DNA of 31,656 nucleotides from contig NIVC01001351.1 in NCBI GenBank assembly GCA_002269645.1, positions 1 to 31,656 on the forward strand, in the 5' to 3' direction. The DNA is from Macrostomum lignano (lineage: Eukaryota). This document shows positions 18,975 through 27,723 of this stretch, piece after piece. The position numbers and the translations under genes were made by a program. Numbering within the stretch: the stretch's first letter is position 1; every line of letters begins with the position of its first letter. Under the pieces are notes generated by a model. That model was not told where the DNA came from, made no database searches, and saw only the letters and a program-made list of their open reading frames with translations.

Positions 18975-20000
18975 TTAGAAGTAGCAATTTCGCGGGAGGT
19001 CTCTGTACTCGAGCCATCCGAGCTGGGTGAAAACCCATCTCACCTCAATGTTGACAAGCTGTCTCTGAATTGGCTGTCGGCTGGCATCCAGATCGTCTCG
19101 AAATCGGTCGATGGCGTATCGCAGCAGAGCGATGGCTTCCTCTCGCGAAAGTCGGGTTCTCAGCTGCCTCAGGCTTGGCCACAGGTAAGCCCGCTGTGGC
19201 AACGCCTGGTCGAGGCGCAGGTGGGCTATCCTTTCCAGATAAACCCTGATGCCGTGCACAACTCGTTCGAGCGTAACGCCGTGCATGTCGATAAGGGCTA
19301 GCGCCGTTTCATGGTACTCTCGCCTTGGCTGTAGCGGCGGATTAGGCACAGGCTGCAGTGGCTGCCTGGGTGTTGCTGGCTGATGTGGCGGAGGCGGCTG
19401 CTGCTGCTGTGGCGGCCGACTCGGCGGCTGCGGCTGGTTCGACGGCTGCGGCAGACGTCTTGGCGACGAATGGCGCGGCGGCTGTGGTGGACGTCTCGGC
19501 TGACGTCTCATTGCTGACTGCTGTGGAGGCGCGGCCAGCTGAAGGGTGCGCCGCTCTTCTCCGGCGCATGGTCTTACGACCAAAGACTTGATTGGCGCTT
19601 TTGCTTGAGCATCCAGAAGAGCGGCCCTCTTGGCTGGAATTGATGATTGTTCAGCGGCTGGCGGTCGCTTGCCTGTTCCTGACAGGGCTCTTGGTCTCGT
19701 CGGAGCTCGCAATGGCGCCTCCTCAATGTCAGGCGCCGATCGGCTGGTTGATGGCGCGAACGTCGCTGCAGGCTGATTTGCTGATGAAGCTGGCGGCCGA
19801 GCTGACGGTACTGGCGACTCAGCTGGCGGCTCGGCTGGCTGCTCAGCTGGCTGCTCAGCCGGCTGGTCTGGAGGTCGAACTGGCGGCGCTGGAGGCTGCG
19901 CTGGAGGCTCAGCTGGCTGGTCTGCTGCGGCGGCGACGGCTAATTCCTCCATGGAGTCGTCCAGCAAATCTTTTAAGAAATTATCTAAGTCGTCGTCCAT
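18975..20000 (-). CDS. Retrotransposon ORF3 of unknown function (341 aa from ATG 20000), not Env-like
   Basis: Intact ORF between pol and the PPT, same strand as gag-pol; acidic N-terminus, Pro/Gln-rich middle, about 115-aa ordered-looking C-terminus; no signal peptide or TM segment visible. Confidence 0.75.
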   Translation of the reverse strand: MDDDLDNFLKDLLDDSMEELAVAAAADQPAEPPAQPPAPPVRPPDQPAEQPAEQPAEPPAESPVPSARPPASSANQPAATFAPSTSRSAPDIEEAPLRAPTRPRALSGTGKRPPAAEQSSIPAKRAALLDAQAKAPIKSLVVRPCAGEERRTLQLAAPPQQSAMRRQPRRPPQPPRHSSPRRLPQPSNQPQPPSRPPQQQQPPPPHQPATPRQPLQPVPNPPLQPRREYHETALALIDMHGVTLERVVHGIRVYLERIAHLRLDQALPQRAYLWPSLRQLRTRLSREEAIALLRYAIDRFRDDLDASRQPIQRQLVNIEVRWVFTQLGWLEYRDLPRNCYF

Positions 20001-20389
20001 TCTAGCTCGCAATATATATTCTTGCGGTATTAACTCAAGATTGACTTGGAGAGGTGTGATCGACGGGTCTATGGAGCTGCAGGGAGTTCAATTGTATATC
20101 TGAAAAACTGGACCGCATCTTCGTGTTCGCACGAGAGGGGGTTTAGCAAATTTCTAACGAGCTCGCTCATTGGCTCACACCGTTACTAAGCGTTGCTAGG
20201 ATTTTTATGCGGAACGAGTTTCGAACAATACCTGCACAATTCTGTATACTCTACTGTTAGTAATGCGCATAACATTTTTACTGTATATGCAAATTTAATA
20301 TTTTTGTATTTTTATAGATTTTATGATTTTTACTTTTTATGAGTTTTATATTGAGTCTATTTACACATTTTTACATGGATTCGGCCTCA

Positions 20390-23300
20390 TTACTTTCGGT
20401 AATGAGAATATCGCCTCCGGGGAACAAAGCCTGTTGCGACTGAGTTCTCTCGGGGTCTCAAATTATATTGATGTCTTTGTTCGGCTCTTTCATTCTCACC
20501 TATCTCTAATGCGTCATCTTCCTCAGCTAACTCAGTTCTTTCACTGTCTGTTGACTCATCTTCTATCTCATTCTGCTCAATTTCCTCTTGCTCAACTTCT
20601 TCCTCAATTGGCTCGATCTCTCTTGCTCTCCACTGAATTCTTTCGTCTTCCGAACTGTCAGTTTCTATTATTGGCTCTAAATGATTTTTCTTACTAATCT
20701 GTTGCCTTCCCTTATTTTTCGGCTCTCTCTTTTTCTGTTGTTCTCTCTGCCTTCCCCTATTTGTAGGTTCCGTCTCTTTATTTGGTTCATTCGGCAAATC
20801 TATTTGCGAGTTGGGTACTGGAGTGAGGTTGTTTCGATGTACGAGCATCTTCTCGCCAATCCTTACTCCGTCTATTTCTCGCTGTACTCGAAATACTGTT
20901 TCGGAAAGTCTCGCAAGGACTCTGAATGCTGCTCTTTTCTTGCGGTGAAATTTATGGCTTTCTTCACTGTGTAATTGCGGATTGTTAATCAATGCGAGGC
21001 ATCCAACCGGTACATGCTTCGGTGGCTTGTTCTCAGCATTGTCCTCCTCTCTACGGTCCTTTACCTTCTCTAGCTTCTTCTGCACGAGTTTCTGTGCTTC
21101 TTCGAGCCTTTCAGCATGGTTTAGCACATAGCTCGGATAATCGTGATACTGCTTTGGCCTTCGAATAATACTGTCTATCCTAAGATCTGCCTCCCTACCA
21201 AATAGCAGGTAGTGCGGCGTGAATCCGGTGGTCTGGTTCACACTAGTGCGCACAGCTACCAGAGCTGCGGGAATTAGCAAATCCCAGTCGGAATGATCTT
21301 TCTCTACTAGACAAGTTACTATTGACTTTATTTGTTTATTGAATCTTTCGACTAGTCCGTTACTTTGTGCGTGATACGGTGTGGTGCATGTATGCTTGAT
21401 GCCATACATCCTACAAAATGCTTGGAACTGACGGCTGACGAATGTCTTGCCATTGTCAGTGTGGATCCACTGGCATTGTCCGTATTCGCTAAAGATTCTT
21501 TCTTGTATGATCTTAATCACTATATCCGATTTCTGATTTCGCACTGGGAACGCAAATGGGAACCGAGTAGTGCTATCTACTACTGTTAGTACGTAGCGAT
21601 GACCTCTTCGACTCTCTTTTGAGATCGGCCCAATCAGGTCAATATGGATCCTATGAAACGGTTCGCATATTGGAAAGGACTGCACTGGCGCCTTCACCTT
21701 ATTTCCTGCCTTACTCTCTAAACAAGGAATACATTCCGAAATATACTTCTCTACTGCAGTTGCTAGTCCTGGTCGCCAAAATCGATCGCGCACACGTTGC
21801 AGTGTTTTATCACGACCTAGGTGACCTGAGAGAGGACTGTCATGCAACTCTCGGAATACTTTTTTCTCAATGTTCTCTGGCAACACGACCTTCTGTGTCC
21901 CGTCTTCGTCTATGGTCAATAACTCGTCTTCTAGCTTCATCTGCTTATAGAACTTTAACATCTGCTTCAACTCTCTAGTTGCATCCTTTGGTAATTTCGG
22001 TTCTCGGATACTCTGCTCCTTCCAGGCTATCAGCGTCCTCATAGAAGGGTCGTCACGCTGAGCTGATGTCAGCTGCTCCTTCTTAAGCGGGACGAAGAGA
22101 TAGTCGGTTAGGAGTTTCCGACAAGCGGTCTCACTAACGTTTTCTTCCGCATCCTCATACACTTCTTCATCATCAGCGAAGTAATCGCTGGCGTCCTCAT
22201 ACTCTTCTTCTTCATCTTCGAAATATTCTCTTGCATCTTCGTACTCTTCATCGTCTTCTACTTCTTCTCTAATTGGATCAGTCTGACAGCTCTGGTGCTT
22301 ACAGCTTGAGATATTGGTCTGACTTCGGTTTACCGTAACGGTAGGAAGTACTGGACCTATCTCAGCTTTAGTGCACTTTTCTGCCTTAGTCTCCTGATTA
22401 TCTTTTAATCTTTCTGCGGGTCGTCTGGATAGTCCGTCTGCATTGGTGTGTTTAGCACCGCTGCGGTGTTCAATGTCATACTGAAACTCACTTAATCTCT
22501 CAATCCATCTACCGAGGATTCCCTGCGCTTCAGTCTGGCGAAGTAGCCATAGGATAGCGCGATGATCTGTTCTTGCCAGGAATCTCTTTCCGATGAGATA
22601 GAATCGGAAGTGTTTCATTCCGTCAACTAATGCTAGCAATTCTTTTCTTGTGATTGGATACCTCTTTTCTGATTCCTTCATGGCTCTGCTAAAGTACGCG
22701 ATGGGCCTTTCAACTCCATCGGATTGTATCTGACCTAAGCAGGCCCCAATCCTGTCATCACTCGCGTCGGTGTCAAGCACCATTCGAACTTCTTCATTGT
22801 CAGTGAACTCTGGGTATGCTAAAACTTCTGTTGATGTCATCTTCTGCTTTAGTAGCGCAAAGGCTTCATCATGACTCTTAGTCCATTTCTCCCTAAAATT
22901 CTGAATTCCCTTCTTAGTTAGCTGGAAGAGCGGGTGCGCTGCTTCCGCGTAATTCTTCACGAACCTACAGTAATAGTTACATAGACCTAGGAAGCTTCTT
23001 AATTCTTTAACGTCCTTAGGCGTCGGCCATGACTGAATTGCTTCTATCTTAGCTGGATCTGTCTTAATTCCTTCTCTACCAACTATGTGTCCTAGATATT
23101 TAAGCTCTTTTTGAAATAGATTACATTTCTTCGGCCTTAATTTTAATCCGGCTGTTACTAGTCTCTGGAACACTTCTCGTAGGTGATCCAGGTGATCCTC
23201 AAATTTCGTTGAGTAAGTTACTATGTCGTCAATGTACGACATGGCGAATTTATGTTGAATCCCCATCAATACTAGGTTCATTAGTCTCTGGAATGTTCCA

Positions 23301-24937
23301 GGTGCATTAGATAGTCCCTGCGCCATGACCTGATACTCGAACTGTCCCATAGTCAAAGTCGAAAATGCTGTCATGAATTTATCCTCTTCCTTAATTGGTA
23401 CCTGCCAATAACCTGAATTTAAGTCTAAACTACTGAAATATTGACTTCCCGTTAGATGAGAGAAAGTTTCCTGAATATTCGGCAACGGATACGGATAGTA
23501 GTTAACTCGAGAGTTCAAGACTCTGAAATCGCTGACAATCCTAATAGTTCCATCTTTCTTAGGCACTATTACTAATGGCGTCGAATAAGTGCTATAGCAC
23601 GGCCTTATTAAATTTTTAGCGAGCATATCGTCTAACTGTTCGTCTACTTGCTTCTGCAGATGTGGTGGTATTCTGCGAGTAGGTATTCTGACTGGCGTCG
23701 TATCCTTCAGCGAGATTTCGTGGGTCACTAGATGAGTGAGGCCCATCTCCTGGCTTGTCTGCGAGAATGCTTCCCTATTCTCTTTCAGCAGCTCTACTAC
23801 CTTTTCTTTCTGCTCTGATGATAGCTCATCTGAGATGTTAATCTCCTGAATCCATTCATCAGTACGAGTATCAGCAGTTTCAGCGCATTTCGCGGATTTA
23901 ACTTGTCCGGTGTCATTCTTGGTAACGAAGTACGTTAGTTCTTCGGCTTTTAATGGCTTGGCAATGCCTACCATTGCTGATTTCCTAATCACTACGTCGT
24001 TATTCTGCCTATTGATCACTTCTACCACACCAGTTCCATTACTCATCGTTAATAAGGTTGGAACCATATCCAGTGTGTCATCTTTTACTGAGATATGTCC
24101 TTTGGTGGTCTCAATCATCATTGGCGTACCGAAGTTCATTTCAGCTCGTTTAGCTAGTTTGACTGGTATTCTTAAAGCACTATTAGCTGGCACAACTACC
24201 TTGTCGTGACAGTAGACTCGGCACACTCGTACCGGCAATTTAGTAAACTGCATCGGAATGCAAACTCCGGTTTTTAAAATCATCATTCCTTTGTCAAAAC
24301 TCATACTCTCGCAAAAGTTCATAAAGAAATCCATTCCTAGGATATCATCACACTCATGGTTGCACAGCAGGAAGTCGGTCACAATTTCTACTTCTCCGAA
24401 CATTATCTTTATTGTCACTTCTCCTTCGATTCGCACAATCGATCCATCGAATGTGGTCACTCTTTGATCAGATGGCCTGATCTCTTGTTCTCTACATACT
24501 CTTCTCCAAGTACTTTTACTTAGAAAGTTACGACCGGCTCCTGTGTCTAACAGAAAGCGAATATTCTGCTTGCGGATCTTTCCGTCAATGACTGCTTCTC
24601 GGCCTTTCTTCTCTGTGCCGGCATCTAAACTTGTCTCTTCTTCTGCACTTTCATTCAGCTTGACGTACTCTTCTGGCTTCGGAGTACTTTTCTTGGGTAA
24701 GCAATCAGGTGCACGCGTAGTATTTACATTCGGTACTGTATGTGCATTCGCATGTTTTTTGTTGGGTTTTCTAAACTTATTATAATTTTCGCATGATTTG
24801 TACTTGTACTGCTTATTAACTTTGTACGCATTATTAACTTTGTACGCATTATTTACAAATTCAGAGGCCTGAATTTTGCTCTGGATTTCGCTAGAGGGAC
24901 GTGGCCTCGTTATTCGGCCCTCGCTTCTCAGTTTCCC
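20390..24937 (-). CDS. pol: Pol polyprotein (protease, RT, RNase H, integrase), about 1515 codons from the slippery site, expressed by -1 frameshift
   Basis: The frame stays open 159 codons upstream of the listed start at 24460 and includes protease LLDTGAG (about 24530-24553); RT YIDD; RNase H DTDAS, ELLAL and TDH; IN H-H-C-C, HIDLIG, TDNG and GLVERFN. Confidence 0.95.
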   Translation of the reverse strand, partial: GKLRSEGRITRPRPSSEIQSKIQASEFVNNAYKVNNAYKVNKQYKYKSCENYNKFRKPNKKHANAHTVPNVNTTRAPDCLPKKSTPKPEEYVKLNESAEEETSLDAGTEKKGREAVIDGKIRKQNIRFLLDTGAGRNFLSKSTWRRVCREQEIRPSDQRVTTFDGSIVRIEGEVTIKIMFGEVEIVTDFLLCNHECDDILGMDFFMNFCESMSFDKGMMILKTGVCIPMQFTKLPVRVCRVYCHDKVVVPANSALRIPVKLAKRAEMNFGTPMMIETTKGHISVKDDTLDMVPTLLTMSNGTGVVEVINRQNNDVVIRKSAMVGIAKPLKAEELTYFVTKNDTGQVKSAKCAETADTRTDEWIQEINISDELSSEQKEKVVELLKENREAFSQTSQEMGLTHLVTHEISLKDTTPVRIPTRRIPPHLQKQVDEQLDDMLAKNLIRPCYSTYSTPLVIVPKKDGTIRIVSDFRVLNSRVNYYPYPLPNIQETFSHLTGSQYFSSLDLNSGYWQVPIKEEDKFMTAFSTLTMGQFEYQVMAQGLSNAPGTFQRLMNLVLMGIQHKFAMSYIDDIVTYSTKFEDHLDHLREVFQRLVTAGLKLRPKKCNLFQKELKYLGHIVGREGIKTDPAKIEAIQSWPTPKDVKELRSFLGLCNYYCRFVKNYAEAAHPLFQLTKKGIQNFREKWTKSHDEAFALLKQKMTSTEVLAYPEFTDNEEVRMVLDTDASDDRIGACLGQIQSDGVERPIAYFSRAMKESEKRYPITRKELLALVDGMKHFRFYLIGKRFLARTDHRAILWLLRQTEAQGILGRWIERLSEFQYDIEHRSGAKHTNADGLSRRPAERLKDNQETKAEKCTKAEIGPVLPTVTVNRSQTNISSCKHQSCQTDPIREEVEDDEEYEDAREYFEDEEEEYEDASDYFADDEEVYEDAEENVSETACRKLLTDYLFVPLKKEQLTSAQRDDPSMRTLIAWKEQSIREPKLPKDATRELKQMLKFYKQMKLEDELLTIDEDGTQKVVLPENIEKKVFRELHDSPLSGHLGRDKTLQRVRDRFWRPGLATAVEKYISECIPCLESKAGNKVKAPVQSFPICEPFHRIHIDLIGPISKESRRGHRYVLTVVDSTTRFPFAFPVRNQKSDIVIKIIQERIFSEYGQCQWIHTDNGKTFVSRQFQAFCRMYGIKHTCTTPYHAQSNGLVERFNKQIKSIVTCLVEKDHSDWDLLIPAALVAVRTSVNQTTGFTPHYLLFGREADLRIDSIIRRPKQYHDYPSYVLNHAERLEEAQKLVQKKLEKVKDRREEDNAENKPPKHVPVGCLALINNPQLHSEESHKFHRKKRAAFRVLARLSETVFRVQREIDGVRIGEKMLVHRNNLTPVPNSQIDLPNEPNKETEPTNRGRQREQQKKREPKNKGRQQISKKNHLEPIIETDSSEDERIQWRAREIEPIEEEVEQEEIEQNEIEDESTDSERTELAEEDDALEIGENERAEQRHQYNLRPRENSVATGFVPRRRYSHYRK

Positions 24938-25953
24938 TGGTTATTCGAGCGGTTCTGCATCTGCGGAGCGTTCTGCTTGGCACTCCTGCACTGCTTTGCA
25001 ATGTGGCCAATCTTCCCGCAGTTATAGCAAGTCTGCGGCTGTTGTCTCGGCTGACCCTGGTTTGGGTGCTGCTGCCGGGCGAACATTTGCTGTCGCGCCT
25101 GCGCTCCATTGCCATACTGTGGCGGAACGGGCTGCGGCTGCTGGGGCTGGTATCTCTGTGGATACTGCCTGGCTGCCTGAGCGTACGAATAATTTTGCGA
25201 AAACTGCTGCTGATTATTCTGCATCTTCTCCTCTCTTAGCTCCTGCAAAGCTCTCTTCTGCTGTTCAATCTCGAACTTCTGCTTCCTAATGATCTCTTCC
25301 AGTCTTTCTTGTTCAGCCTTCCTCTGCTGTTCTTGTTCTTCCTCGCTCTTAGCTACTCTCATGCCTGAATTCCTGCGTGACATGTTCCAGGCTGCTTCCA
25401 TTCTCCTCAGCATTCTTCTGGCTTCCTGCAGATTAGCTGGCTGAGCGAAGATCAGTTTCTCGCGGGTTTCAGGTGGAACTCTCACACCCTTGATGAACTG
25501 TTCCACGATCTCCTCTTCCCGCTGTTCCACAGTCATGTTTGGGAAGGCTCGCGAAGCTAGCTCAATTAGACAATCGGTGTACGATTCTACTAACTCATTT
25601 CTGCCTTGCATTCGGCCTCTAAATTCTTCCCTAAACTCTGCTGAACTGCCAATTCTGCCAAAGCGTTCTACAAGTCTTTCTTTAAATTCTTCGTACTCCA
25701 GATCATCTGGGAGGTTCAAACGCTGAACTGCTGCGAATGCAGTAGCCAGGTCGAGGTTCGCGAGAAGCTCTTGCTTCCGGTTATCCTCTTCGATACCCTC
25801 AGCTTCACAGCGCTGGTCGAAGGCAGTCAACCAGATCCTAATATCTTGACCTGGCGTGAATTTCTGAATTTTCACATGCCTTTGTGGTCCTAACTCTAAC
25901 CTGTTTCTTAGCTCTTCAGCTAGCATCGCAATCGCATCATTTGCGTTGGCCAT
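24928..25953 (-). CDS. gag: Gag (capsid plus CCHC zinc knuckle), 341 aa
   Basis: KFTPGQDIRIWL, FRGRMQG..E.VESY, IVEQFIKGV, CYNCGKIGHIAKQC. Confidence 0.95.
   Translation of the reverse strand: MANANDAIAMLAEELRNRLELGPQRHVKIQKFTPGQDIRIWLTAFDQRCEAEGIEEDNRKQELLANLDLATAFAAVQRLNLPDDLEYEEFKERLVERFGRIGSSAEFREEFRGRMQGRNELVESYTDCLIELASRAFPNMTVEQREEEIVEQFIKGVRVPPETREKLIFAQPANLQEARRMLRRMEAAWNMSRRNSGMRVAKSEEEQEQQRKAEQERLEEIIRKQKFEIEQQKRALQELREEKMQNNQQQFSQNYSYAQAARQYPQRYQPQQPQPVPPQYGNGAQARQQMFARQQHPNQGQPRQQPQTCYNCGKIGHIAKQCRSAKQNAPQMQNRSNNQGN
24931..24937 (-). other. -1 ribosomal frameshift heptamer G GGA AAC
   Basis: Last two gag codons before TGA; the pol frame is exactly -1; downstream GAGGGCC..GGCC..CCCTC can pair. 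Confidence 0.85.
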
Positions 25954-26059
25954 CTCTGATCTTGTCAGGTTCTGCTATTTCTCTAGTCTTCTAAGGTTTT
26001 TGCCGTTTCTCTGATCTAATTCGCGCCGTTTCTCTGATCTAATTCTCGCCGTTTCTCTG

Positions 26060-26077
26060 ATCCCACCGCTGCCACCA
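26060..26077 (-). other. Primer binding site for tRNA-Leu (18 nt)
   Basis: Plus strand ATCCCACCGCTGCCACCA matches the recalled 3' end of eukaryotic tRNA-Leu(AAG/TAG) plus CCA; a second 10-nt copy lies at 26124-26133. Confidence 0.85.
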
Positions 26078-26448
26078 AAAGCTGTCGTAGGGCTCTTATT
26101 TAATCCTTTGTCTAGCCTTACTTGCTGCCACCAAAGTTGTTACAAAGCTATTTCTTCTTAACAATTCTACTGGTTGTTAATTGTAATTCTACTGGTAGCG
26201 CATGTACTTCTATTGGTAGCGTATGTACTTCTATTGATAGCGTATGTACTTCTATTGTACTTTCTGGCCTGAGCGGTCTAATAGCACTGTCTATTCTATT
26301 CCTATGCTTCCCCTAATATTATTCTCTCAGTCCTGGGCGTTCCCTGGATCAGAGGGTCACAGCTTATGCTCTTTCTCTGCCCTGAGGCGATCTTCTCTCG
26401 TTATGAGGCGGTTCTCCTGCCCTGAGGCGAATTTACAATTTACTGCCC

Positions 26449-26795
26449 TGAGGCGGTTTCTCGCTTGTAGCGGTTTCTGATACTCCCAATTGGGGTTCTT
26501 ATACTCTAAGAAATGATTAAGTCTTTAAGCGATTTCAATATTTAGAACGAACTAAATTTGCTTATCGAAAACCGAAAGGCAGCAAACGGTTGCTTCCTCA
26601 AGTCTGCTCAGCGTGTCTATTTATACCCAAAATTCGTTATAGTTTAAACAAAATAATAATTGCAGAAATATTTTTGCAAACCACAACATTCAAACAAATA
26701 TTTCGCGCAGATTTGAATAAAGGTTTTTCTAAGAAAGGCAAACATAAAACGAGTAAAATTTAAAAGTATTAGAGCTATTATTAATGCCTGTCTCA
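26449..26795 (-). repeat. 5' LTR (duplicated core 26468-26795)
   Basis: Matches the 3' LTR; TATAAATA on the minus strand at 26618-26625; inner boundary is ambiguous. Confidence 0.85.
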
Positions 26796-27723
26796 ATAAT
26801 AACTTATAGACCATTGTATTTGATAGTCACAATCTCAATATATTATCTTACAAATAGGCCTATAATGTCTAAGATAGAATTCCAAATAAGAAGCACATTC
26901 AGTTCAAGTTACAAGGGGTTTCTAATTGTATAGGTGAACCAAAGGTTTAGTCTATTGTGGAATGCGGGATGCTTGTTGGTTCAGTTTTAGTGAGTCAATT
27001 TAGCAGTTTTGGCATTTGGGTTAAGACCCTAATTGTGTCAATCAAAGGTTGTTCTACAAAAATAGAAGGCAAAAAGGAGGGAAAAGGGAGGCAAGCTTCT
27101 TGCTTGGTTGACATGGGCTTTTTTAATACTTTTTGGTCTTGATCACATTGGATGGTATATAGCTACTTTCCATTAGTTTGGGTTGTGTCCTCAGCTTTTG
27201 CTAGTTGGAGCACATACATTGGTTAAAATACATTCATTCTGGATAAGAACTTTTTAGAGCCAAAATGTGTCACTTCATATTATTAGATATTTTATCTAAA
27301 AATTTTTAGATCTTTTATCTACTATTATACTAGATCTATAATAATTCTAAGCCTAAGAAGGTTGGGCAAAATCTAGATTATTAGCTATATATGGCTTAAG
27401 AAACCTTTAAATAAAATTTAGGGTATTTAGTTACTTTTTGTAATAGTAATATGGTTTACTTTATATCTTAGTCTTATTTTATGTGTTCTTTGCTCTTTTT
27501 TTCTAAAAATATTTGTTATTTTTTCTTTCTTTATTCTTTTATTTACTTATCTTTGTTTATTAATAGAAAACCACTATTATAACAATAATAATAATAATAA
27601 TAACAACAAAAATATGAAGTCATTATTAGAGTAGGACATATTAGATAGGCCCTAGTACATTGCAGAGCCTAAAAGTTAAAATCAATGTTAGGTGCCCATG
27701 CCCTAGTATTGCATACTAGGTAG

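Larger units (their letters stand above)
18162..26795 (-). mobile_element. Ty3/Gypsy LTR retrotransposon with gag, pol and an extra ORF3
   Basis: 328-bp direct repeats at 98.8% identity, TG..CA termini (TGAG/CTCA), flanks ATAAC and ATAAT (4/5), PBS, PPT, PR-RT-RH-IN order. Confidence 0.95.

Noticed and set aside
18975-20012. env gene
   Set aside because: No signal peptide, cleavage site or transmembrane helix visible
19342-25726. Antisense or alternate-frame ORFs over ORF3, pol and gag (e.g. 19592..20005, 21619..21978, 24876..25289)
   Set aside because: Short shadows of long coding frames with no motifs
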